A stretch of 64,000 bases of DNA from Candidatus Moranbacteria bacterium RIFCSPHIGHO2_01_FULL_55_24 (GCA_001786575.1 MFRW01000003.1:8469-72468); one strand, 5' to 3'. Shown: positions 10,017-18,950, numbered from the stretch's first letter. A program made the numbers and translations. The notes: generated from the sequence alone by a model not told the origin.

Positions 10017-10472
10017 TTGGCCTCAAACAAGCCTCGTATCCTTAGCCCGCGGGCTCGTCGTGCACTGCAGCAGGAAGCTATCCAGAAACAAGCGAAACGG
10101 ACTCAAGCGCTTGCCGATGAAGTCATCGAGTTCATCCAGGAAGGCTGGGGCTTCCATGCGGCTTTCAATCATGCTATCCGGCGCATACTCGGCAACTACC
10201 GCCGCACCAATCATGACGTCGACCTGTATAACGCCTACTTCGGCCGGGTACGGTTCCTGATATCGCAATCGCAGAAGATTTCTCGACAGGAACTCTCGGA
10301 AGCGTTGAAGCGCAAACACTTCACCCCTGCGAACCCGAACTTCGCCCACCCGAACTACGCCACTCCGAAACCTCGGCAAGGCGCGTTCGACTTCCCCTTC
10401 CCGACCGCGGCGCCCATCGTCTTAGACAGGAAGCGTCTCGCCGCCGGCGAACGACCGGAAGATTTCGACTAG
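10017..10472 (+). CDS. Hypothetical basic protein, TTG start
   Basis: A strong promoter and RBS lie upstream and a terminator (10471-10507) downstream. No recognisable domain. Confidence 0.5.
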   Translation: MASNKPRILSPRARRALQQEAIQKQAKRTQALADEVIEFIQEGWGFHAAFNHAIRRILGNYRRTNHDVDLYNAYFGRVRFLISQSQKISRQELSEALKRKHFTPANPNFAHPNYATPKPRQGAFDFPFPTAAPIVLDRKRLAAGERPEDFD

Positions 10473-10507
10473 ACCAGATGCACACGTTGCCTCTGGTCTT
10501 TTTTTAT
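10471..10507 (+). terminator. Rho-independent terminator
   Basis: agaccagatgcacacgttgcctctggtct hairpin followed by a T-tract. Confidence 0.6.
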
Positions 10508-10515
10508 ACAAATTT

Positions 10516-10569
10516 TTTTATACAAAGAAAAAAGAAAAAGGAGAGGGTTCCGTTGGAATCTCTCTCCTT
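10516..10569 (-). terminator. Rho-independent terminator for the convergent minus-strand gene
   Basis: 8-bp stem aaggagag/ctctcctt. On the minus strand it is followed by tttttctttttt. Confidence 0.5.
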
Positions 10570-10692
10570 CAAGTTCGTGCGTTTTTTCTTCCTGCTACTT
10601 AATGTTCTTCTTATTGCCTTTTATCGGCTCCTCCCCGCGCCTCTTGGGCGGGCTCGTGGTCTTGCCGGTCTTCGCCAGCAGAGACAAATCCG

Positions 10693-11148
10693 TTACGATA
10701 CCATTTCCGGCATCGGAGTAAATGCCTTGGGGACGAGCTGATGCTTGTCGTCCGTCTGGAACGTCTGGTATTTGACGTCCCGATTTTCGAGCGCCAGTCT
10801 AGCGAGCTCCGAAAGCTTGATGTCCGAGATCGGATAGACCTTGTGAGGCTTGCCGGCGATGCAATCGAGATGGATCGGCTGAACGCCGTTCTGCATGAGG
10901 TTCCTGGCGATCCAGGTATGCGCGGATGAACTACAGGGCTTCACATACCATTGCGCGCGCGGCAGCGTCAGCCGATGCTGTTCATGCAGCGCCCGATTCT
11001 TGGGCTTGGCATGGTTCACCTTGGGCTTGTGCTGCGTGCGTGCAACGGCTTTCGACGATAGCATATCGTTCTCCCTTTCGCTTTCGCTGGTTTCAGAAGG
11101 TACACAAAAACGCCATATGAGCATAGCACACATCGCTGGCACCGTCAA
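10693..11148 (-). CDS. Hypothetical protein; the start is possibly internal at 11064
   Basis: ORF with a terminator downstream. Composition is acceptable. No motif recognised. Confidence 0.35.
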   Translation of the reverse strand: MTVPAMCAMLIWRFCVPSETSESERENDMLSSKAVARTQHKPKVNHAKPKNRALHEQHRLTLPRAQWYVKPCSSSAHTWIARNLMQNGVQPIHLDCIAGKPHKVYPISDIKLSELARLALENRDVKYQTFQTDDKHQLVPKAFTPMPEMVS

Positions 11149-11158
11149 CGCTCAAGAC

Positions 11159-12250
11159 CTATTTCCCGCTCCCTACCCCATGGCTCCGGAAAAAAACGGC
11201 TGTTCCGCGCATAAAATCCTCCCAGCGCGGACCGAACTCGTGCCTCTCCCCCGGAAATACCGTCAGCTCGATGTTTTTCCCTTGCGACTTCAAAAGATCG
11301 TATGTCTCCTGCGACCATGCGAGCGGCACGTCCTGGTCGGCCGCCCCATGGTAGATTATGACCGGTGCCGCTATGCGGTCGGCATATTTCGCGGGCGCGA
11401 TCGCATCCCAGAAATCCGGATTCTTTTCCGGCGTGCCGTATTTCGTGCTCACCTCATGAGTGACGTCCTCGCGCTCTTTCATCCACCGCTCGAAACTGTC
11501 GCGATAATCCATACTGACCGGCGCATAGAGGACATAGGCCCGGACAAGATCCGGCCGCACCACCATGATCGTCTCTGCGATGCCTCCGCCCATCGAGTGC
11601 CCCAGCATCCCGATCTCCTCTTTGTTCACCGGGAGGTCGGATGCCCGCACCGCATACACGGCATTCACCACGTCCTCCGCATATCCGAGCCGCTCCTGGA
11701 TCGGGTCATCCTCCGTCTTGGTCGAGGCCGCATGGTTTCGATAATCCGGGTGGATGACCAGGAACCCTTGGCGTGCCAGGTAGTCCTGCTCGCGCTTCAG
11801 TCCGCGGCCATTGGTATAGATATCGGTATCGATATGGCCGTGATTCAGGATAAGCACAGGCCAGCCGCCGGCAGGCGGCTCTCCCTTCGGCACAAGCATG
11901 ATCCCGGAAATGGTCAGCTCGCCGCTTTTGTAAGTGATGAAATATTTGGTATAGGCGCTATTGTTCTCGAGCACTTGCCCGCGCGTGAGATCGCGCCCAT
12001 CGAACTGCTTCCGCGCCAGGAGCTCCAGGGCGAACGGCGGCAACTCTCCGTTCTCCGCTTTCTCCGAGACCTGTTTCTCGGCTTCCTCGGAAAGCTCGCT
12101 TGGGACAACACTTTCTTCTGCGCTTTCCGAAACAGTCTTTTCGGCCGCCTGGTCATCCATCGATACCAGAAACCATACCGCGATGCCTGCCGCAGCCGCT
12201 ATCCAGATTCCCAGGATGATCCATGTCCGTTTCATAGCGATGGTTTGCAA
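11159..12250 (-). CDS. Alpha/beta hydrolase, S9 / prolyl-oligopeptidase-like, with an N-terminal membrane anchor
   Basis: GHSMGG nucleophile elbow, downstream D and H residues, and an N-terminal TM helix. A GGTATACTGG -10-like motif lies at 12269-12278 on the minus strand. Confidence 0.75.
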   Translation of the reverse strand: MQTIAMKRTWIILGIWIAAAAGIAVWFLVSMDDQAAEKTVSESAEESVVPSELSEEAEKQVSEKAENGELPPFALELLARKQFDGRDLTRGQVLENNSAYTKYFITYKSGELTISGIMLVPKGEPPAGGWPVLILNHGHIDTDIYTNGRGLKREQDYLARQGFLVIHPDYRNHAASTKTEDDPIQERLGYAEDVVNAVYAVRASDLPVNKEEIGMLGHSMGGGIAETIMVVRPDLVRAYVLYAPVSMDYRDSFERWMKEREDVTHEVSTKYGTPEKNPDFWDAIAPAKYADRIAAPVIIYHGAADQDVPLAWSQETYDLLKSQGKNIELTVFPGERHEFGPRWEDFMRGTAVFFRSHGVGSGK

Positions 12251-12540
12251 AGAATACCTTCAGTCTTTCCAGTATACCAAGATGTGAAAACGGTTTCAAA
12301 AGACCCTATTTGACAGGGGTGGTATACTGGATATGAAAGCCTTCAGAATGGCGGATGAAAGAGTGACGACTCTTAAACATTGGAACCCACCTGGATAAAC
12401 AGGGAAAAAATATTTTTTCCGACACTATTATTTTTGGGACCCGCCAGCAACGCTCACGCGTAGCTTGTGCGGGCTGGTCCAGACCCATCCGCCTGCATTG
12501 AGGGCTTTTTAGTTTGCCTGAATATCTTTCCGCAACTTTT

Positions 12541-12584
12541 TTGGATAAAGAAAAACCTGCGCTCCGTGTTACGGAAAGCGCAGG
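12541..12584 (-). terminator. Rho-independent terminator after the NUDIX gene
   Basis: Hairpin cctgcgct...agcgcagg at 12556-12584. On the minus strand a T-run follows. Confidence 0.55.
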
Positions 12585-12591
12585 CTTTGAG

Positions 12592-13149
12592 TCAAAACTG
12601 GTACGACATCATGACGCCGCGGCCCTTGAGCTGGATTTTCGATTCGGCGACCATCTCGCGCTGGCCCGGACCATGGTAGAGCGAGGCCTGAACGGGGACT
12701 CCCTCGAAAATATGCGAGAGCCATACCTGGTCGCTCGGGATCATTTCTTCGAACGGCAGAAGTCTCTGATCGAACCAATATCCTTCTCCCATCTCCTGCG
12801 ATTCCGGAACGGCGATCAGATCCTCTATCTCGGCCACCAGGACATGCACGTGCCATACATTCTGCAAAACGCCGGCCTCGTCAAAATTGTAGGACTTGAG
12901 GATGCCCATGCGGCAAAGCCTCTGCCATACGACTGCTGTTCCCGCACTTTCCTCCTGCCATTCGCGGAAAAAGGCTTCCGGGCAATTCTCGCCGTCTCCC
13001 ATCTTGCCGCCATAGCCGTTCCAGAGCCCTTTGCCGATCTTGTCTTTCTTCCTGGCCAAGAGCACTTTCGAGCCATGCGTCGGGAATCCGAGCACGGCAT
13101 GGTAGCTCGGTACGCTGTACTCATCGAGCACTGTCACATCAATCATCAT
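12592..13149 (-). CDS. NUDIX hydrolase
   Basis: Nudix box GGKMGDGENCPEAFFREWQEESAG, matching GX5EX7REUXEEXGU. Confidence 0.7.
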   Translation of the reverse strand: MMIDVTVLDEYSVPSYHAVLGFPTHGSKVLLARKKDKIGKGLWNGYGGKMGDGENCPEAFFREWQEESAGTAVVWQRLCRMGILKSYNFDEAGVLQNVWHVHVLVAEIEDLIAVPESQEMGEGYWFDQRLLPFEEMIPSDQVWLSHIFEGVPVQASLYHGPGQREMVAESKIQLKGRGVMMSYQF

Positions 13150-13272
13150 TTCCTCCTATAGAATTCTCGTGTTTCGGAAAGAACATCCCTCCTAGGACTT
13201 GCCGCAAGAGTAGGGAAAAATCGGCCATCCGTCAAATGAGGGCCTGGATAAGCGAGGAAGAGGATCGGCCTT

Positions 13273-13680
13273 TCACTCGCCGCGCTCTCCGGCGACCTGG
13301 AAATTGAAGTAGACGTTCATGAAATAATTCCATAAGCCCGTCACCGTCGCCACCGCCAAGCGGGCCAAGACATAGCCGACTCCGAGCCGCTCTACCAGCA
13401 CATACATGAGGCCGGTCACCAAGAGTACCCCTACGCCGCCGATGAGCAGGAAGTTCGCGTAGGTGATCGGTGCGGATTTTTTTGTCTCGGAAAAGATGAA
13501 GCGGCGCGCCAGGAAGTGGTTCAGCGTCGTGGCTATGAGGAAAGACACGGTCGCAGAGAAAAGATAGTGCCAGCCGAAAAAGTCCGTGAGGGTATAGAGA
13601 AGCGCAAGATCGAAGAGGAGCGTGGATGCGCCAGTCAGGGAATATTTGAAGAATCGTACGATCGCCTTTCTCTCAAGCAT
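13273..13680 (-). CDS. GtrA-family membrane protein
   Basis: About 135 aa with four TM helices and a GtrA-like pattern. Confidence 0.7.
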   Translation of the reverse strand: MLERKAIVRFFKYSLTGASTLLFDLALLYTLTDFFGWHYLFSATVSFLIATTLNHFLARRFIFSETKKSAPITYANFLLIGGVGVLLVTGLMYVLVERLGVGYVLARLAVATVTGLWNYFMNVYFNFQVAGERGE

Positions 13681-13683
13681 ACT

Positions 13684-13902
13684 TTATACGCAGTCGAACA
13701 CCTTGCTTCTGCCGCTGGCTCCGCTCCGGAGCGTGAGGCGCGACGGCGCAATGCTCAAGTGCCGTGCCAGCGCCTTGGCAATCGCTTTATTCGCCTTCCC
13801 CTCGAGGGGTGCAGCCTTCACGGAAACTTTGAAGTGCGTCTCGTCTACTTCCTCTACCCGCTCTTCGCGGGCATTCGTTTTGGCGGTGACGAACAGCTTC
13901 AT
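13684..13902 (-). CDS. DUF167 / YggU-family small protein
   Basis: 72 aa with the pattern KVSVKAAPLEGKANKAI... Confidence 0.6.
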   Translation of the reverse strand: MKLFVTAKTNAREERVEEVDETHFKVSVKAAPLEGKANKAIAKALARHLSIAPSRLTLRSGASGRSKVFDCV

Positions 13903-13917
13903 GCTTCTTTGCGGGAT

Positions 13918-14661
13918 TTAGCGGAGCGTCCAGCCGCCATCCACCACCAGGACCTGCCCGGTGATGTAGCTCGCCTTCTCCGAAGCGAGGAAGACCACCG
14001 CATTCGCGATATCTTCCGGCACGCCCTGCCGATTGAGCGGAATCATCGCGAGCGTCTGCTCCCGGGCCTTGGGATCCAAATTCATTTGGCTTGCCCCCGG
14101 CGTATCGATGGCCCCCGGCGCCACCGCGTTCACCGTAATCTTCCGCGGCGCGAGCTCCAGCGCGAGTCCCCGCGTCAAGCCGTTCATCCCGGCCTTGGAG
14201 GCCGAGTAGTGCACGAGACTCTGGAAGCCGATCAAGGAAGCGATGGAGGAGATACTGATGATCCTTCCCCCTTCCGACAACGCCTTGTCCGCCTCGTGCG
14301 ACATGAGGAAGATGCTCTTCAAGTTCACATCCAATACCTTGTCCCAGTCCGCCTCCTGCATATCGGCGAACGGTACGAACGGATAGATGCCGGCATTGTT
14401 GACCACGATATCCACCTTGCCGAAGGCTTCGATGGTCCGCTGGAAGAGCGCCGCCACTTCCGTTGCGGAAGACACGTCGCATCGCACCGCGAGCGCCTTC
14501 ACGCCCAATGCTTCCAGTTCGCTGACTGTTTCCTGGCAGCCGGTCTCATTCACATCCGCCACAGCCACCTGGCAGCCCTCGCGAGCCAGAGCCAGCGCGA
14601 TCCCCTTGCCGATCCCCTGCCACGCCCCCGTCACGATGGCTACTTTGTCTTGCAAAAGCAT
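13918..14661 (-). CDS. SDR-family oxidoreductase, FabG-like
   Basis: TGAxxGIG Rossmann motif and NNAG. The start was moved to MLLQDK at 14661, because a TGTATAAT -10 motif sits inside the longer ORF. Confidence 0.85.
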   Translation of the reverse strand: MLLQDKVAIVTGAWQGIGKGIALALAREGCQVAVADVNETGCQETVSELEALGVKALAVRCDVSSATEVAALFQRTIEAFGKVDIVVNNAGIYPFVPFADMQEADWDKVLDVNLKSIFLMSHEADKALSEGGRIISISSIASLIGFQSLVHYSASKAGMNGLTRGLALELAPRKITVNAVAPGAIDTPGASQMNLDPKAREQTLAMIPLNRQGVPEDIANAVVFLASEKASYITGQVLVVDGGWTLR

Positions 14662-14750
14662 ATTTTTAGTATTAATATTTCTCCCTTTATTATACACCCA
14701 TCCGGCCATATCGGGTGCTATACTGGAAGCGTACCCGTAATATCTTACCT

Positions 14751-15023
14751 ATGGAACAATTCGAATTCACGTTTTCCCCGGAAACCGAGGAGGAAGCCAT
14801 CAAGCAGGAAAAATCACAAGAGCCGGATCTGGAATCCAAGACAGAAGAAGAGCTCTCCGCTCTCTACCAGGAAAAAGTAGGGATCAACCCGAGCCTCCGC
14901 GGCTTTGATCGGGAGACCCTGGAAGCCGGCATCAAAGACCCGGAAAAGGAAGCGGAACGCCTCCGCAACCTCGAAGCCGAGGAAAACCGTTCCGACCTCC
15001 TCACCGACTCCCGCCGCGGGTAG
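14751..15023 (+). CDS. Hypothetical acidic protein
   Basis: The ORF-track start at 14715 coincides with the GCTATACTGG promoter motif at 14717-14726. The ATG at 14751 is the likely start. Confidence 0.4.
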   Translation: MEQFEFTFSPETEEEAIKQEKSQEPDLESKTEEELSALYQEKVGINPSLRGFDRETLEAGIKDPEKEAERLRNLEAEENRSDLLTDSRRG

Positions 15024-15138
15024 AGGCCTCAAAAAGTGATCATAAAAATCTACCCTTTGCAGGTAGATTTTTATTTTTAGACTTTCTATTTATTTTCTAT
15101 TATACTGAAAGAAAAGAAGAGTGATTCAAAATAAAATT

Positions 15139-16215
15139 ATGATCACCAAACGACAAAAAGAGGTTCTGGACTTTATCGGTAGTTATACCGACCGAAAAGG
15201 TTACGCCCCTGCCCTTGATGAAATACGTCAGAAATTCAAGCTCGCCTCTGTTTCTACCGCTCATTTTCATATCTCCAAACTGCGGGATTTAGGATATTTG
15301 GAAAAAGAAGAGAATAAACCGCGAGCGATAGCCGTGGTAGATACTTCCACAAAAAGTCTTCCCCTCATTAAAAATATTCCACTTAGAAAGGGACGACCCC
15401 CTCTCTCTTCTAAAAAATCTATAGAGGCATTCCGCGATAAAATCATCGAAGGTGACTGTTTGGATGTGATGCAGCATATCCCTTCCAAATCCATAGATAT
15501 GATCCTCTGTGATCTTCCCTATGGGACAACCCAGAATCATTGGGACAGTACCATTCCCCTGGATCAACTCTGGGATCATTATGAGAGGATCATCAAAGAC
15601 AACGGGGCTATAGTATTGACTGGTCATGGATTGTTTACAGCCCAACTCATGCTCTCAAATCCGAAACTCTTCAAATACAAGTTGACTTGGGTAAAATCAA
15701 AATCGACCAATTTCCTGAATGCCAAGAAGCAGCCGCTCCGAAAACACGAAGATGTTTGCATTTTCTACAAGAACCAGCCCGTTTACAATCCCCAGATGAG
15801 TACTGGAGAACCCTATAATAAGGGTTTCAGAAAAGACCAGCTCACCGGCAGTTATGGAGACTTCAAAACAGTAGAGGTGAAAAGCAATGGAGAGCGCTAC
15901 CCCACCGATGTCATTTATTTCAAGACTGCCGAGAGCGAAGGTGAGGTGATGCATCCGACACAAAAACCTGTCGAGCTTGGCCGTTACTTAATCCGCACTT
16001 TTACGAAAAAAGGCGGTATCGTTCTCGATAACACTTGCGGAAGCGGGAGCTTCTTGGTTTCAGCAATCCTCGAAGGACGCAGTTTCATCGGCATCGAGAA
16101 GAATGAGGAAGTATACCTTCACCGAAAAGAGCGCGTGGACTATATCGACGTCTGTAAAAAAAGAATCACCGCTGCAAGAAAACAGTTCAAAAGTCTAGAT
16201 AATTCCCTTCTTTAA
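15139..16215 (+). CDS. DNA methyltransferase (beta-class N6A/N4C) fused to an N-terminal LexA-type DNA-binding domain
   Basis: N-terminus KRQKEVLDFIGSYTDRKGYAPALDEIRQKF...HISKLRDLGYLEK matches the LexA winged-helix DNA-binding domain. DLPYGT is a DPPY-type motif IV. HPTQKPVEL...LDNTCGSGSF is the motif I/FxGxG region. A TATTATACT -10 at 15108-15116 argues for the ATG at 15139 rather than the GTG at 15121. Confidence 0.8.
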   Translation: MITKRQKEVLDFIGSYTDRKGYAPALDEIRQKFKLASVSTAHFHISKLRDLGYLEKEENKPRAIAVVDTSTKSLPLIKNIPLRKGRPPLSSKKSIEAFRDKIIEGDCLDVMQHIPSKSIDMILCDLPYGTTQNHWDSTIPLDQLWDHYERIIKDNGAIVLTGHGLFTAQLMLSNPKLFKYKLTWVKSKSTNFLNAKKQPLRKHEDVCIFYKNQPVYNPQMSTGEPYNKGFRKDQLTGSYGDFKTVEVKSNGERYPTDVIYFKTAESEGEVMHPTQKPVELGRYLIRTFTKKGGIVLDNTCGSGSFLVSAILEGRSFIGIEKNEEVYLHRKERVDYIDVCKKRITAARKQFKSLDNSLL

Positions 16216-17129
16216 ATTCCATCAAAAAGCTCTTCCGTGAAAAGAGCTCTTGCTCGATTCATCTCTGATTCCGAAAGCTCTCCTTTCTCCTCGAGCCACT
16301 TCAGGAGATGGAAATACTGGTTCGGATGCAGGATAGGCTTTACCGTTTTTTCAAGGCCAGTTTGTTGCTTTACAAAGTCTAGATGCTTTTCAGAAAGCAC
16401 GCCTCTGCCGATAAGGTCATAAGCGATACGCATAGCATCGACAGAAGTGAGGTTCAGATCGCCTTTCCGACTCTTATCCTGTTCGACATCTGCCTGCTCT
16501 ATCGACAGAAGATCTCGTATCCCTGCCAGACCATTCAGGTTACGATTGTAGAATTCTATCTCTTGGCCGCGATACGTAAACCATGTCCTGCCCTGCTCCG
16601 TCAGCGATCCTCGAGAAAGATACACCCCCTCGCGAGCTACTCGTTCCTTAGAAACCCAGCCGCAGATATAGAGCGTCCATTTTCTCTGGCGAGAGGTACC
16701 GGGGAGCTCCCGACTACTCGGAGTCTCCAGGTGCGTCATGAGATAAATGTCCGTATCCAGATTTTCAGCATGAATTTGGCGGGCGAAAAAATTGTGCTTC
16801 GCTTCGCGCGCAATACCGTCACTACTTTCATATTCTTCCTGAAACGGCAGTGCTCCACCGCGACACTTCACATCCAGCTTCACGCCAGAGGGCAAGAGAA
16901 TATCATATCCCAGAGGATGGTCCCCTGGATTGATTTCCGACATTCCCAGCTGATTCCGGATAACCATTTCTGCCAAGGCGCCAAAGCCTTGTTCGTCCTT
17001 GCTCCCGCGTTCCGCGCCAGTCTTATTCTGATTCGCTGCAAGATATTCTGCTGCTTGCTGCCTCAAGCGGAAACCTTCTTCATCCGCAAGTTTTATAATG
17101 ATCGGCTTTGGCAGATGATAGGTATACAT
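16212..17129 (-). CDS. Putative restriction endonuclease with a PD-(D/E)XK-like motif; cognate partner of the MTase
   Basis: Convergent with the MTase and overlapping it by 4 nt. GYDILLPSGVKLDVKCR gives D...(10)...D-V-K. Shares the lower-GC islet. Confidence 0.45.
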   Translation of the reverse strand: MYTYHLPKPIIIKLADEEGFRLRQQAAEYLAANQNKTGAERGSKDEQGFGALAEMVIRNQLGMSEINPGDHPLGYDILLPSGVKLDVKCRGGALPFQEEYESSDGIAREAKHNFFARQIHAENLDTDIYLMTHLETPSSRELPGTSRQRKWTLYICGWVSKERVAREGVYLSRGSLTEQGRTWFTYRGQEIEFYNRNLNGLAGIRDLLSIEQADVEQDKSRKGDLNLTSVDAMRIAYDLIGRGVLSEKHLDFVKQQTGLEKTVKPILHPNQYFHLLKWLEEKGELSESEMNRARALFTEELFDGI

Positions 17130-17204
17130 AGCACGTTCAGGAAAAGAAATTCAGAATTGATTTTCAGAATTTTCGATAAATTCTCTCTTCGCCTTTATCG
17201 GAGC

Positions 17205-17567
17205 TTAGTGCGTATCGTCCGCCTTGGTGGCGTGGATGGTGCCGGGAGCGTGCTCTGGCGGGGCGTAGATGGTGTAGAGCTTGAGCGCTTCGCTTCCCGT
17301 GTTTATCACGTTGTGCTCCGTACCGGCCGGTACGATAGCGGCATCGCCGTCTTTGAGGACGGTTTCCTCCCCATCCATGATTATCTTGCACTCGCCTTCC
17401 TCGATCCGGAAGAACTGATCATGGGTATCATGTGCCTCCAAGCCGATCTCTTCGCCCGGCTGGAGCGCCATGACAACCAGCTGCATATTCGGCCCGGTAT
17501 AGATGACTTCGCGATAATTCGCGTTGTCCTCGGTGATTTTCTCTATATTGCCTGTGTAGCCTTTCAT
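17205..17567 (-). CDS. Cupin-domain protein
   Basis: Cupin beta-barrel motifs (G..H.H...E...GE, P.G..H). The ORF-track GTG start at 17603 overlaps the TATACT promoter motif at 17595-17600, so the start is more likely MKGYTG at 17567. Confidence 0.65.
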   Translation of the reverse strand: MKGYTGNIEKITEDNANYREVIYTGPNMQLVVMALQPGEEIGLEAHDTHDQFFRIEEGECKIIMDGEETVLKDGDAAIVPAGTEHNVINTGSEALKLYTIYAPPEHAPGTIHATKADDTH

Positions 17568-17652
17568 ACGTTTGACGTTATGAATTACGCCTCCAGTATA
17601 CACCGAAAATCTCTTGAGGGCTTGCGGCTGTTGGAATACCCTTTTTTGCCCT

Positions 17653-18231
17653 TCAGACGAGCTTCAGTTTCTTGCGGCGTTCCCGGTAATCCGGAATAGT
17701 CTTCCCCATCAGGCTCCAGAACTTGGGCGAATGGTTGAACTCCTCCAGATGGCAGAGCTCGTGGACGATGATGTAATCGGCAAGCTCCGGCGGCAGGAAG
17801 GCGATCCGATAGTTGAAGTTCACATTCCCCTTCTTGGAGCAGCTCCCCCAGCGGCTCTTCTGGTCGCGGATCGTCACCCGATTCCAGGAGAACCCGTAGC
17901 TCCGGTTGAAATGCTCGAGGCGGGCCGCTGCCAGAACGGAGGCCTCTTCCCTGACTGCCAGGAAATCAGTCCGCGTGCCGCTCGCCAGGATGCTCTTGGG
18001 CATGGCGTCGACCTTCTGTTTGGTGTGATAGATCCACTCGGCCCGGGATTGGACGAAGGCTATGAGCACGCTTTCGCGCGCGGTCTTGGGGGCCGAGAGG
18101 ACCAGGCGCCCGTCGGCGAAGAATTGGAGACGCAAAGCCCGAGCCCCATGGCGGCGGCGCACGGCATAGGCGAAGCTGTTCCCGTCGGGGAGGTAGACTG
18201 TCGGGATGCGTCTGTCTTTGCGGAGCGGCAT
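17653..18231 (-). CDS. YgjP/DUF45-family metal-dependent hydrolase, M48/SprT-like
   Basis: HELCHLEEFNHS is an HExxH motif. A WGSC motif is also present. Confidence 0.75.
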   Translation of the reverse strand: MPLRKDRRIPTVYLPDGNSFAYAVRRRHGARALRLQFFADGRLVLSAPKTARESVLIAFVQSRAEWIYHTKQKVDAMPKSILASGTRTDFLAVREEASVLAAARLEHFNRSYGFSWNRVTIRDQKSRWGSCSKKGNVNFNYRIAFLPPELADYIIVHELCHLEEFNHSPKFWSLMGKTIPDYRERRKKLKLV

Positions 18232-18329
18232 ACGGAAGAAGATGAATGAGCCCCACTAGGATAGCAGAGATTCGACCCTTGTTACAGAGAAAAATGGACG
18301 CGCCGCGGAAAATTCCGTAGACTGGACAT

Positions 18330-18881
18330 ATGAAGCAAGACAAACAGAGCCAGCCTGCCCGGGAAGCCGGAGGGTCGAACTTGGAAAATATAGCCATCGG
18401 CGCCACCCGCTACATCGGGTCCCTCCCCTCTCTCATCCTCCACACCTTCTTCTTCGTGGGGATTTTTTCGCTTTCCGTTTTCGGTTTCACCTTCGACCAG
18501 ATCATGCTCATCCTGACGACAGCGGTCTCGCTCGAGGCTATCTACCTCTCGATCTTCATCCAGATGACCGTCAATCGCCAGAGCGAGCAGATCGCGGAAG
18601 TGAGCGAGGACGTGGAAGAGATTTCGGAAGATGTCGAAGAGATCTCGAAGGACATCGATGATATCCAGGAAGACGTCGAGGGCATCTCCGAGGACGTGGA
18701 AGAGATCTCGAAGGACATCGACGGCATCCAGGAAGACGTGGAAGAGATTTCGGAAGAAATAGAGGAAGAGGAGCGCGAAGAGGCCGCCGAACACGCCAAG
18801 GGCGTAGAGAAGATAGAGAGGCTCGAAGGCATTCTCGCCGAGCTCCTCCAGGAAGTGAAGACGCTCAAAGGGAAGAAATGA
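18330..18881 (+). CDS. DUF1003-family membrane protein with a C-terminal acidic tandem-repeat tail
   Basis: Two TM helices and LEAIYLSIFIQMTVNRQSE, as in DUF1003. C-terminus has SEDVEEISKDIDxIQEDVEG repeats. Confidence 0.6.
   Translation: MKQDKQSQPAREAGGSNLENIAIGATRYIGSLPSLILHTFFFVGIFSLSVFGFTFDQIMLILTTAVSLEAIYLSIFIQMTVNRQSEQIAEVSEDVEEISEDVEEISKDIDDIQEDVEGISEDVEEISKDIDGIQEDVEEISEEIEEEEREEAAEHAKGVEKIERLEGILAELLQEVKTLKGKK
18594..18770 (+). repeat. In-frame 27-nt tandem repeats
   Basis: gaggacgtggaagagat(c/t)tcg(g/a)aag... units repeated about six times inside the CDS. Confidence 0.6.
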
Positions 18882-18950
18882 ACGAAGCTGCGAATATGAA
18901 AAGGGCTCTCCGACGATATCGGGGAGCCCTTTATGGCATGAACAAGGCAT

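Noticed and set aside
10895-12313. 472-aa plus-strand ORF spanning the hydrolase locus
   Set aside because: It is antisense to the alpha/beta hydrolase, which has a GHSMGG motif. The ORF is Cys/Arg-rich with junk-like composition.
12310-12315. TTGACA hexamer upstream of the orphan GGTATACTGG
   Set aside because: It lies only 7 nt from the -10, too close for a sigma70 -35 element.
12514-13161. 215-aa plus-strand ORF overlapping the NUDIX gene
   Set aside because: The minus strand carries a textbook Nudix box. The plus-strand ORF has no motif and is probably a shadow ORF. The orphan promoter at 12321 is therefore interpreted as driving a non-coding transcript or nothing at all.
14715-14726. 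ORF-track start codons at 14715 and 17603
   Set aside because: Both coincide with the recurrent GGTATACTGG promoter-like 10-mer (GTG-CTA-TAC-TGG and GTG-TAT-ACT-GG). The downstream ATGs at 14751 and 17567 are preferred.
13516-14880. 454-aa plus-strand ORF
   Set aside because: It is antisense to the GtrA, DUF167 and SDR genes.
16383-17699. 438-aa plus-strand ORF
   Set aside because: It is antisense to the putative REase and the cupin genes, and has no motifs. In the lower-GC islet the minus-strand ORFs have the consistent codon usage.
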